Shown here one piece after another: positions 24,467 through 31,912 of a stretch of 34,986 bases of DNA (positions are counted from its first letter, which is position 1; the number at the start of each line of letters is the position of its first letter). The stretch comes from a virus. Location: the IMG/VR virus record IMGVR_UViG_3300001765_000193; one strand, written 5' to 3'. The notes under the pieces were generated by a model. That model saw only the letters and a list, made by a program, of their open reading frames with translations. It did not search any database and was not told the DNA's origin. Both the position numbers and the translations under genes were made by a program.

Positions 24467-24780
24467 AAATAACTTTACAGAATTTACACTGCATCTCGAC
24501 TTTAGAAGGGTCGTATTTTAAACTTAAACTAAAAGTTATAAGATTTCGTTCTTTTAAACGGAATTACACAGCCATTCTTAATGTTGCATTATTCAAATTA
24601 ATAACGTTGTCGGTTATTTTTTTTTAGCTCTCGATATTACTTACTTATCTATTGTCAAAGCCAAGCACCCCCAAAATATTCCGAATGTTCGGACACTTAT
24701 CAAACATAAACGTTTTGCGTTGTGGAGGTGGTGGGAGTCGAACCCACGTCCAAATAGATTTCATTAATACGTCAACGAAC
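24441..24780 (-). ncRNA. ssrA: Circularly permuted (two-piece) tmRNA-like RNA: acceptor piece then coding piece
   Basis: 24759->24723 reads AUCUAUU-UGGAC-GUGGG-UUCGACU-CCCAC-CACCUCC-A. 24672->24647 reads GGGGGUG-CUUGGCUUUGAC-AAUAGAU. The acceptor stem pairs fully with G3:U70, the P2 strands are exact complements, and there is no ORF in the unit. Confidence 0.6.
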
Positions 24781-24785
24781 TTTTA

Positions 24786-24801
24786 CAAAGATACAAAAAT
24801 A
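24786..24801 (-). promoter_or_regulatory. Two adjacent -7 boxes TATTTTTG-TATCTTTG driving the tmRNA-like unit
   Basis: Plus strand reads caaagata at 24786-24793 and caaaaata at 24794-24801, just downstream of the lysis-operon terminator. Confidence 0.45.
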
Positions 24802-24810
24802 TTTTTTAAA

Positions 24811-24838
24811 TAAAAAACCACCCTTTTGAGAGTGGTTT
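24811..24838 (-). terminator. Rho-independent terminator after the lysis cassette
   Basis: Stem AAACCAC/GUGGUUU (24815-24838) followed by a U run on the minus strand. Confidence 0.55.
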
Positions 24839-24937
24839 AATTTTCGAGTATTCCCAGACTTTACGCTATACTTCTCACGATAGTATTATACTCTAATAAC
24901 AAATAATTAAAATATGAAAAAACAAATATATGAATTA

Positions 24938-25330
24938 TTATTCAATAGTTATAAATACTTTGCCTTTTTTTAATCCGTTTTTTAATTTAGGAATAAAATT
25001 TGCCATTGCTTTTTTTGAACTTCCAACAAAATCAATACTTCTCGTTTGTCCCAATAATAAGCAACCCTCTGTATCTTTTGCAGTGTTACCAGCGTGTATT
25101 CTTATACCCTCAAAATTAGGTACTTTTAAAAGTAATGGTAACTCAATTTTAAACCTATTTGACATTGTGATTATAATTTCATAAGTTCCTTTAGGTATAG
25201 CTGTTTTACTATATATCTTTTGATCTCTTTCCACGTCTTCCAAAACAAAACATTCAAATTTGCCATCGATTGAAAGTTCTCCAATAGTTGAATTTTGTGT
25301 TTTATGCAGTCTTTTTAGTAGTAATTTCAT
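24938..25330 (-). CDS. Putative cell-wall hydrolase (DUF5675-like, L,D-peptidase-like HxGN...DTxGC motif), 130 aa
   Basis: STIGELSIDGKFECFVLED...IPKGTYEI...VPNFEGIRIHAGNTAKDTEGCLLLG. Last gene of the late operon, after two membrane proteins. Confidence 0.5.
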   Translation of the reverse strand: MKLLLKRLHKTQNSTIGELSIDGKFECFVLEDVERDQKIYSKTAIPKGTYEIIITMSNRFKIELPLLLKVPNFEGIRIHAGNTAKDTEGCLLLGQTRSIDFVGSSKKAMANFIPKLKNGLKKGKVFITIE

Positions 25331-25671
25331 TTTCCTATCATTTTTATAATTGTTTGTCTAACCGCCTCAATCAAAGAAGTTAAAAATAAATCTATATTCC
25401 ATTTATAGATTAGAAATTCCATTATCTTTTCGCCCGATATTGAAACGACCCCAATAATCAAAGGCAAATATTTGTTTTCACTTAAAAATGGATATATAAA
25501 ATAGGCACACCCGATGCCCGTTGTAAAACTTATAACTACTCTTATAAACGTCATCTTTTCCTTTTTAATTTGAGTTGCTAATTTTATACTAATTCCAACT
25601 ATTGCTGGTATTGCAATTTTAACAAAAAAAGAATTTAATTCATACCAAAAATTCGGCTCTTTTTCAATCAT
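25327..25671 (-). CDS. Holin-like membrane protein (3 TM), 114 aa
   Basis: Hydrophobic segments FFVKIAIPAIVGISIKL, VVISFTTGIGCAYFIYPF and LPLIIGVVSISG. Adjacent to the lysin. Confidence 0.45.
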   Translation of the reverse strand: MIEKEPNFWYELNSFFVKIAIPAIVGISIKLATQIKKEKMTFIRVVISFTTGIGCAYFIYPFLSENKYLPLIIGVVSISGEKIMEFLIYKWNIDLFLTSLIEAVRQTIIKMIGK

Positions 25672-25957
25672 TTTTTCTAAATTTAAAAAACCATATTATT
25701 GGTAAAATTAGTATTAATAAAATTTCATTATAACCTAAAATCGTGTTATCAAAATACAATTCGTCAAGTAGATTGTTTAACGACAGTCCAAAGATAAAAA
25801 AAATTATAAAACTTTTTCTTTCGTGATAAAATAAATATAACGAAATTAGAAAAATAAATAAAGCGTTACCAATATAAAAGCTACCTTTTGGGAGGTGTTC
25901 CCAAAACATATAAGTTAATATTCCGATTAATAACGCTAAATATAAAACCGCTTTCAT
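25664..25957 (-). CDS. Holin/antiholin-like membrane protein (4 TM), 97 aa
   Basis: Almost entirely hydrophobic. Lies in the lysis cassette. Confidence 0.45.
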   Translation of the reverse strand: MKAVLYLALLIGILTYMFWEHLPKGSFYIGNALFIFLISLYLFYHERKSFIIFFIFGLSLNNLLDELYFDNTILGYNEILLILILPIIWFFKFRKND

Positions 25958-26136
25958 TATCTATCTTTTGGTCTTGTCCCTACTATTTCATTTTGATTTT
26001 CGTCAATCAATGTGTAGATAGTTAACCCCTCGTTTTCAAGCGTTTTATTGGCTTGGTTAATTTTCGCTTGTTGGTCTTGCGTTGCTACCTTTTTAGCTTT
26101 TCTCTCTGTTCTAATTCTAAATAAAATAAATTCCAT
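25957..26136 (-). CDS. Hypothetical small protein, 59 aa (below cutoff)
   Basis: Hand translation MEFILFRIRTERKAKKVATQDQQAKINQ...TRPKDR. TAATG overlap with the next gene. Confidence 0.45.
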   Translation of the reverse strand: MEFILFRIRTERKAKKVATQDQQAKINQANKTLENEGLTIYTLIDENQNEIVGTRPKDR

Positions 26137-26140
26137 TGTG

Positions 26141-26485
26141 TTATCGTATTAATTGTTTATACTCGTTTATTAATCTTTGTTGCTCTTCTAAAATTTCTTT
26201 TGGTATTGGTATTTGTCTTGTTGCTAATTTTTGAACGTGCTTATCAACTAAATCAGAAATTAATTTAGTGTACTTAATATCTAATTCGTTGTTGAATTTA
26301 GCATTGAACTCGTTTATCTCTTCTTTTGTGGCACTTTCATAAAATTCATTAGTATTAGGATTGAATTTTGTTAAAATAAAATTATCAACACACAACAATT
26401 CAGTTGTTCCAAAAAATTTATTTTCTATAAAATCATCTTCAACACTAATTACTAAATTAGTTTTTTTATCAAAAATTGTTTTCAT
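26141..26485 (-). CDS. Hypothetical protein (possible fibre assembly factor), 114 aa
   Basis: ORF directly after the fibre gene with a 1-nt overlap. Confidence 0.3.
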   Translation of the reverse strand: MKTIFDKKTNLVISVEDDFIENKFFGTTELLCVDNFILTKFNPNTNEFYESATKEEINEFNAKFNNELDIKYTKLISDLVDKHVQKLATRQIPIPKEILEEQQRLINEYKQLIR

Positions 26486-27462
26486 TAATTTTTTATTAAA
26501 TTAGCCATTGTGATTTGAAATATATGATTTGCTGTTGATTGTACGCTAATAATTAAATATTGATTAACTGCTCGGTTAAATGCAATTAAAGAAGGATTTG
26601 TATTAATAACACCTAAATCATTTGTTGTATTTACCGCTGTATTTAAAACTATTAAATTAGAGCCTTTAATCATTATTGTTCTTTGAAGTGGTATCTCTTG
26701 TATTGATGGGATATTTTGACTATAAAAACCTATTAAAGTTGCTCCTACAAGTGTATCGCTTGTGTTTACATAAGCTCTTAAAGTATAAGCACCCCCTCCT
26801 CCTGATATTTTTACAAATCTTACATTAAGAAGTAAATTACTTTCATCTGCTATTCGATTAGCTGGAATAAGATAAGACTTTAATTTTTGTTCAGTTGTAA
26901 CCGCAGCCCCTGTTGCAGTTACTCCATCTGTAAATATAATATCAACTTTCAAAGCCAACGCATCGAAAACCGCGTTTTGTGATGGTGCAACCGTTGTAAC
27001 TCCGTCAACTATTGCATCTGTTACTTTTGCATCTGCATAAGAGTTTGAGGTTGTATTTGTTGCGTTATCGCCTGTGTTTGTACCGCTTGTATTACTTAAT
27101 ATTGTTATTTCAGAGTTTGTTATAAGTCTTGAACCCGTTAACAATAAAGCATCGATGTTACTTTTTGCCATATCGTAGGTACTTTTTAAAGCCGTTGTAA
27201 AAGCTTCTGTAATTGCATCTAAAATAGTTCTATTGGTATGTGTTATTGCGGTTTTCTCGGCACTTGTTACAAATTTATTAGTAGTTCCACTATCTGAAAT
27301 ATCATCAGCATCTAAAACTACTATGCCAGTTTGTCCGTTTACACTATCGACTGCACCGCCACCGCTTTGAGTATTTACATTAATAGTAGTTAGAAATTGC
27401 GTTGTATTTATAGTAACCTCTTCAATAGTTGGCGTTACATTAATATCTATTATATCACTCAT
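26485..27462 (-). CDS. Tail fibre protein, 325 aa
   Basis: VDSVNGQTGIVVLDADDISD and VAPSQNAVFDALALK motifs typical of phage fibres. T/N/S-rich. Confidence 0.65.
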   Translation of the reverse strand: MSDIIDINVTPTIEEVTINTTQFLTTINVNTQSGGGAVDSVNGQTGIVVLDADDISDSGTTNKFVTSAEKTAITHTNRTILDAITEAFTTALKSTYDMAKSNIDALLLTGSRLITNSEITILSNTSGTNTGDNATNTTSNSYADAKVTDAIVDGVTTVAPSQNAVFDALALKVDIIFTDGVTATGAAVTTEQKLKSYLIPANRIADESNLLLNVRFVKISGGGGAYTLRAYVNTSDTLVGATLIGFYSQNIPSIQEIPLQRTIMIKGSNLIVLNTAVNTTNDLGVINTNPSLIAFNRAVNQYLIISVQSTANHIFQITMANLIKN

Positions 27463-27800
27463 ATTGTTATAGTATTAATAATTTGAAAATAGCCACCTAC
27501 CCAAGTTTTAACTCTACCATCTGACAAAGTAATTTGAATATCATAAACATAATTACAAGCAGGAATATTAAAAATTTGCTCATTAATTACAAACCTACCA
27601 TTAATAGCATCTGTAATAGTAATACCATTATTTGCCACACTTGTCAAAGTTAACAAAGGACTTGAACACGCATCTTTTTTTAAATCTATTTTAACCTCAG
27701 CATCGGTTAAATCCAAAGCTACTGAATTAATCAATATTTGAAAAGGGTACTCACTAAACGTGTCTCCCCTTAATGTTTGTATGTTCAGTTTTCCTATCAT
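27459..27800 (-). CDS. Beta-sandwich virion protein (BppU-N-like/fibre adaptor?), 113 aa
   Basis: The pattern LRGDTFSEYPF...LDLTDAEVKIDLKK...ITITDAINGRFVI...YVYDIQITLSDGRVKTWVGGYFQI. Confidence 0.35.
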   Translation of the reverse strand: MIGKLNIQTLRGDTFSEYPFQILINSVALDLTDAEVKIDLKKDACSSPLLTLTSVANNGITITDAINGRFVINEQIFNIPACNYVYDIQITLSDGRVKTWVGGYFQIINTITI

Positions 27801-27854
27801 TTTCCTCTTGTTTTTTTAAAAATATTTCTATTTTCTTAATATTGATTTCTTGTT

Positions 27855-28400
27855 TTACGTTCGATTTTTTAGCTGTCTCCATAATACGTATTCGTCTTCT
27901 GTTATTGTTTGTTTAGGGAAGTGCCACCCGCTATTTGATGACCTTTGAGGGTTTACAATAGCATCTGAACTACTTATATACTCTGGCAATTGCTTTTTAC
28001 AAAGCCACTTTTTCATTCTTTCGGCATACATATCAGCTACTAATCGTCTTTCGTTTACAATTCTTGACAAAGTTTGCTCTGTTACTGCTGTTGTATTTGC
28101 AGGTGTAGGTATTGTTATTCCATTATTAGCAATACTAAAAGCCCCGATTTTTAAGTATTCCGTTGCACTCTGTTGAATTAAAAATGGTTTGATATAATCA
28201 CGATACAAAATTAAATAATCACCGCTTAAAACGTTGTTATCGAAATCGGTTTCTATTTTATCATACAAAATTTCCCCAAGTAACTCTTCTAATCGTGTAG
28301 CCTGTGCATCTAAAATACATTGACGTAATTTATCCACGTCGATATTACCCCCCAAAGGCGTGTTTTTTGTAATATCGTTGTCTTCTAATAATATTATCAT
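27855..28400 (-). CDS. Putative head-tail adaptor/connector, 181 aa
   Basis: Lies immediately after the portal. Pattern NIDVDKLRQCILDAQATRLEELLGEILYDKI...YIKPFL. Confidence 0.35.
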   Translation of the reverse strand: MIILLEDNDITKNTPLGGNIDVDKLRQCILDAQATRLEELLGEILYDKIETDFDNNVLSGDYLILYRDYIKPFLIQQSATEYLKIGAFSIANNGITIPTPANTTAVTEQTLSRIVNERRLVADMYAERMKKWLCKKQLPEYISSSDAIVNPQRSSNSGWHFPKQTITEDEYVLWRQLKNRT

Positions 28401-28402
28401 TA

Positions 28403-30043
28403 TTATTTTAATTTAAAATAATTATTACTTTCTTGAGCTGGCTGTGCCACCAAAGGGTCGTTTACTTCAAGCCTTGCATTTTCTCTATCTTTAGGATCTA
28501 ACGCTAAAATCATTTTAATAGCTTGGTTTACAGAAATTTGTTTGTTACCTTTTTTAAGATATATTTTACGCATCCAAAAATGCTTACAATTAACTCCGCC
28601 TTTGTAAAGCCATATATTATAAGTATCTGCCCCATTTGCTCCAAGTCCAGCATTAACAACTTTTGTACTTGCAAGTTCTATATCTTCTTTACGATATGTT
28701 TTGTTTGCCTTAATCATTTTGTTGCAAAAATCACGCTCCCCTGTTTGCTCCCCTGCATATTGATAACGAATTTTAAAAAGTTCATTATCCTGTTCGCTTG
28801 GTGCAAGTGGAATACTATCTACAACGCTTGCTAATTTCAAAGAAGTTTCTGTCAATTGTGGCTCGCCTGTCATTGCTCTTTCGTCAATCAATTCCCACTC
28901 ATTCTCGTTTATATCTTCACCAAGTTCAATCAAAGGCTCGGCTGTTGGATTGACTTCCTCTTTTGCCATTGCTACTTCAGTTCCACTTTGTGCCTCGTCT
29001 TTTTTAGCTTGTCTTAATGGAATAAACTCTAAATTTTCAGCACCTCCAATTAAAGTATAAATTTCTTGAAACGCATCTAAAATTATTTCTTGTTTCGGTT
29101 GTATAACATTCAGCATCGTTTCGTTAAATGCGGTTTCAATTTCTTCTGCGTTGCTTGAAAAACCTGTTGAATTTGAAATCCCTAAAATAGAACTTGAAAC
29201 CACTTTGTGAGCAACTAATAATTTCTGTTGAGCTTCTTTACTTAAAAAGTCATATTGTTGGTACGCATCAACAACCTGCACCTGTTCAATTGTAGTTGCT
29301 GTATCTTTGTTCTCGTTAAAAGATACAACTACAACCCCTGCGTTGTTTGTGCCTGTCGTTCCATTTTTATATTGTCTTGTTATTTTGTTTCGTTCTTCTT
29401 CACTTTCAGGAATACCATTGTTTAAATTTATGATAGTTGAAACCATAAATTTATTTTGAATATGATTAATAAAGAAGTTTGAAATTTCTTCTTCTACTTT
29501 TGCATATTGCAACGCACTTACATAACTTGGATTTGAAAAATAAAACTGACCTACTTGATAATCTTTAATTACAAAAATTTCACTCCTATTTGAACCCTTA
29601 CCATATCCGTAAGCGTCAATTCTTTTAGGTGTGTACTTTTGTTGTTTGCTCCAATCATAGCAATAGTAATAAGCTGTTATTTTACCTTCGTCATTTGCTT
29701 TCTCGGGTGCTAATTTCTCTTTCGGGGTGTGAACTATTTTAAGCGGTTTGCCACCTTTGTATATAATTTCAAAAGACGCCTCTTCAAACATCTCGAAATC
29801 TTTTACAATTTTGCGTACTTCTTTTTTATTAAATAGTGGAATGTTAACATTTAAACCTAAGCCATAAATCATTCTACTATATGAATCTATAATAGCCGAG
29901 TTAGTTGGACTTCCGTTGTATCTGTCGATAATGTATTGGTAAAACTCGTTATTTTCGCCATTCAAAACCCAATTTTTATAGTTATTTTCAACTATTGTAG
30001 GGCGTACATAACTTGATAATTGTATAATTTCTGTCTTAATCAT
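28403..30043 (-). CDS. Portal protein with C-terminal Mu F/SPP1 gp7-like extension, 546 aa
   Basis: Portal-like size and N-terminal pattern. The C-terminus ERDFCNKMIKANKTYRKEDI...YKGGVNCKHFW resembles the head-morphogenesis domain. Confidence 0.6.
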   Translation of the reverse strand: MIKTEIIQLSSYVRPTIVENNYKNWVLNGENNEFYQYIIDRYNGSPTNSAIIDSYSRMIYGLGLNVNIPLFNKKEVRKIVKDFEMFEEASFEIIYKGGKPLKIVHTPKEKLAPEKANDEGKITAYYYCYDWSKQQKYTPKRIDAYGYGKGSNRSEIFVIKDYQVGQFYFSNPSYVSALQYAKVEEEISNFFINHIQNKFMVSTIINLNNGIPESEEERNKITRQYKNGTTGTNNAGVVVVSFNENKDTATTIEQVQVVDAYQQYDFLSKEAQQKLLVAHKVVSSSILGISNSTGFSSNAEEIETAFNETMLNVIQPKQEIILDAFQEIYTLIGGAENLEFIPLRQAKKDEAQSGTEVAMAKEEVNPTAEPLIELGEDINENEWELIDERAMTGEPQLTETSLKLASVVDSIPLAPSEQDNELFKIRYQYAGEQTGERDFCNKMIKANKTYRKEDIELASTKVVNAGLGANGADTYNIWLYKGGVNCKHFWMRKIYLKKGNKQISVNQAIKMILALDPKDRENARLEVNDPLVAQPAQESNNYFKLK

Positions 30044-30324
30044 AGTAATTTGTAATTTTCTAATTCATTATCAGTCGCATAAGCCTTTCCACGCCATACT
30101 AACTCCGTTTCTGTATAACAATTTATCTCATAACTTGCTCCCTCTTTAAAATCAAAATCAAAAGATATGTTCAAATAACCATTATCATTGAATGAAATTA
30201 AATCTGTTATAATTGTAGTTGTATCTGTTAATTCGTGACGTATTGATAAAGTAACATTTTCAACGTATAAACGTGGAACTATTTTTAAAATATGCGTTAT
30301 ATCTGTCGGTTTAAATACTTTCAT
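30040..30324 (-). CDS. Hypothetical virion protein, 94 aa
   Basis: ORF preceded by late motif copy 2. 4-nt overlap with the portal gene. Confidence 0.4.
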   Translation of the reverse strand: MKVFKPTDITHILKIVPRLYVENVTLSIRHELTDTTTIITDLISFNDNGYLNISFDFDFKEGASYEINCYTETELVWRGKAYATDNELENYKLL

Positions 30325-30326
30325 AT

Positions 30327-30358
30327 CTATATAACGAAAAACTTTGTTTTTTTTGCAA
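30327..30358 (-). promoter_or_regulatory. Late-gene motif copy 2: TTGCAA-N16-CGTTATATAG-N2-ATG
   Basis: Hexamer, 16-nt spacing and 10-mer are all identical to copy 1. Follows a strong terminator. Confidence 0.45.
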
Positions 30359-30391
30359 AAAAAAAGCTATGAAATTAATTTCATAGCTTTT
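30357..30391 (-). terminator. Rho-independent terminator
   Basis: 13-14-bp perfect stem AAAAGCUAUGAAA(U)/(A)UUUCAUAGCUUUU followed by a U9 run. Confidence 0.8.
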
Positions 30392-30409
30392 AAAAATCAA
30401 TTATCAATA

Positions 30410-30943
30410 TTAAACCACCGCAATTATATCAGTAGAAACTAAAGCTGTTAAAGCTGTTTTCATTGAACTATTTAAAAAAGGGGCTCCCAATTTTTCAGTT
30501 CCTGTTAACTCAACTGTGTATCCTGTTAAGTCACCACCTGCACCACCTGTTACAATAGTCCCGGCGGTCATATCCATTCCATTTTCAACGCCACATAAAA
30601 AAATATTTCCGTTATAATCTTCAACAAAAACCTGCGGTCTGCCGTACATCATAAGTTTCAATTCTTGTTGCGTTTCAGGATCTAATTTTGGGAATGTTGC
30701 CGCAATTACTTGCGTAAAAAAAGTAGTTCCATTATCCCTTGACGGATTACCTGTTTGCGTTAAAGTATTTGTACTTCCTTTTAACTCCCATTTAAAAACC
30801 TCCGCTAAAGTACCTAAAGCGGTTACTATTTCATTTGCTATTGTATAGCCATATTCGTTGAAATTAGCGAAGTACAACGCTTTAATTCCGCCCATCTGGT
30901 CTTTACAAACAATTTTTTTTCCTTTGCCTAAATCACAAGCCAT
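30410..30943 (-). CDS. Putative major tail (tube) protein, 177 aa
   Basis: GGIKALYFANF...NGTTFFTQVIAATFPKLD...GRPQVFVEDYNGNIFLCGVENGMDMT...GDLTGYTVELTG resembles tail-tube families. Flanked by terminators, which would fit high expression. Confidence 0.35.
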   Translation of the reverse strand: MACDLGKGKKIVCKDQMGGIKALYFANFNEYGYTIANEIVTALGTLAEVFKWELKGSTNTLTQTGNPSRDNGTTFFTQVIAATFPKLDPETQQELKLMMYGRPQVFVEDYNGNIFLCGVENGMDMTAGTIVTGGAGGDLTGYTVELTGTEKLGAPFLNSSMKTALTALVSTDIIAVV

Positions 30944-30958
30944 ATCTTTTTATTTTTT

Positions 30959-30985
30959 AAAAACCGCCTTAATTAAAAGGCGGTT
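30959..30985 (-). terminator. Hairpin/partial terminator after the major capsid gene
   Basis: Stem AACCGCC/GGCGGUU followed by UUU and an A run. Confidence 0.5.
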
Positions 30986-30994
30986 ATGTTAATA

Positions 30995-31909
30995 TTATGC
31001 TATTGGTCTAGCCCAAACAATCTCTGCTCCGTATGCGTACTGCACACCTGCATTGTAAACCATTGTGCCTCTAACTTTACCAGTTAGTAAACCTATTGAA
31101 TCTTCATCTACTACTTCAATTCTATTGTGGTCGTCCATTGCACCTGTTCCAAAACCTAAATTTTTAGGGTCTGCAATTACAATAGTGCTTGTTGGTAAAC
31201 CATTATCTACCACTAAAGTGTAGTTACCAAACACTAAAGAAGTATTAGCGTTTCCACCAAGTCCATTTGCAATTCCTTTTGACGCTAAAAAGAAATTATA
31301 AAATTGTGCAATATCAGATGATACAGAAACTTTTAAAGTATTTAAACCTCTTAATTGTACTGGCACTGCTGATAATGCTTTTTTAATTTCAGCCTCAACA
31401 TTAGCCTCTGTAATTGTATCCAAATCTACATCAACAACAGTTGCATCAGCTAAAAACAATTTCAAAAATCCGTTAAATTCATCCAAGTTTGTTGCATCGC
31501 CATTCCAAATCATTGAACCAAAATCCTGTGCCTCGTCTGCTAATTTATTAACAATTATAGCATCAAGTGTTTCTTTATTCATAGTATCATTCCAAGCACT
31601 GGCTCCCATTGTTTCCTCGCCCCAAGTTGCTCTAAAATCCTCTTTACAAAGGTCAAAGTCATCTTTAAATTTCTTAGGCTCTAATACCGCTTCACTCAAA
31701 GTTACTGAACCTGCTGGAGCGTGACCGCAAGAATAAGCTCTACGTCCGTTTGTAGTTGCTAATTTTCTTAATACCAATTTGTTGTTAACGTTTGGATATA
31801 TCGTTACAGAACCATTTTTCAAAGCGTCCGCTTCTTTAAATGTTTTTAAAAATAAGCCACCTGCAGTTTTCCCTGCATAGCTTGAAGTAATTGTTGTTGT
31901 TGTTGCCAT
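30995..31909 (-). CDS. Major capsid protein (HK97-fold type), 304 aa
   Basis: Size, position after the protease/scaffold gene, and the pattern LEPKKFKDDFDLCKEDF...IVNKLADEAQDFGSMIWNGD. Confidence 0.7.
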   Translation of the reverse strand: MATTTTITSSYAGKTAGGLFLKTFKEADALKNGSVTIYPNVNNKLVLRKLATTNGRRAYSCGHAPAGSVTLSEAVLEPKKFKDDFDLCKEDFRATWGEETMGASAWNDTMNKETLDAIIVNKLADEAQDFGSMIWNGDATNLDEFNGFLKLFLADATVVDVDLDTITEANVEAEIKKALSAVPVQLRGLNTLKVSVSSDIAQFYNFFLASKGIANGLGGNANTSLVFGNYTLVVDNGLPTSTIVIADPKNLGFGTGAMDDHNRIEVVDEDSIGLLTGKVRGTMVYNAGVQYAYGAEIVWARPIA

Positions 31910-31912
31910 TTC

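Noticed and set aside
24723-24760. A simple attP core copied from the 3' end of the host ssrA
   Set aside because: Not fully excluded, but considered less likely as the sole explanation. No intact integrase exists in the genome. The segment is followed by a matching 5' acceptor strand, a D-loop analogue and a P2 complement. The whole unit has its own promoter and terminator.
24721-24800. A conventional tRNA gene ending at CACCUCCA
   Set aside because: The T arm and 3' acceptor strand are present. However, no complementary 5' acceptor strand, D arm or anticodon arm exists in the ~70 nt upstream on the minus strand. The matching GGGGGUG lies downstream instead.
25836-25847. A fourth copy of the late motif (tataacgaaatt)
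   Set aside because: It lies inside the 97-aa membrane-protein gene. It has no ATG 2-3 nt downstream and no TTGCAA at the -35 position. It is probably chance in AT-rich sequence.
3053-28834. All plus-strand ORFs in the track (3053-3331, 6816-7124, 7519-7701, 7698-7910, 9298-9543, 12696-13076, 14570-14794, 14959-15195, 15639-15938, 17942-18130, 18025-18294, 18572-18754, 20136-20549, 24930-25184, 28523-28834, 32424-32615)
   Set aside because: Each lies antisense inside a well-supported minus-strand gene or a chain of coupled small minus-strand genes. Their products are Phe/Leu/Ile/Ser-rich low-complexity translations typical of shadow frames in AT-rich DNA. None has a TAnnTTTG box upstream.
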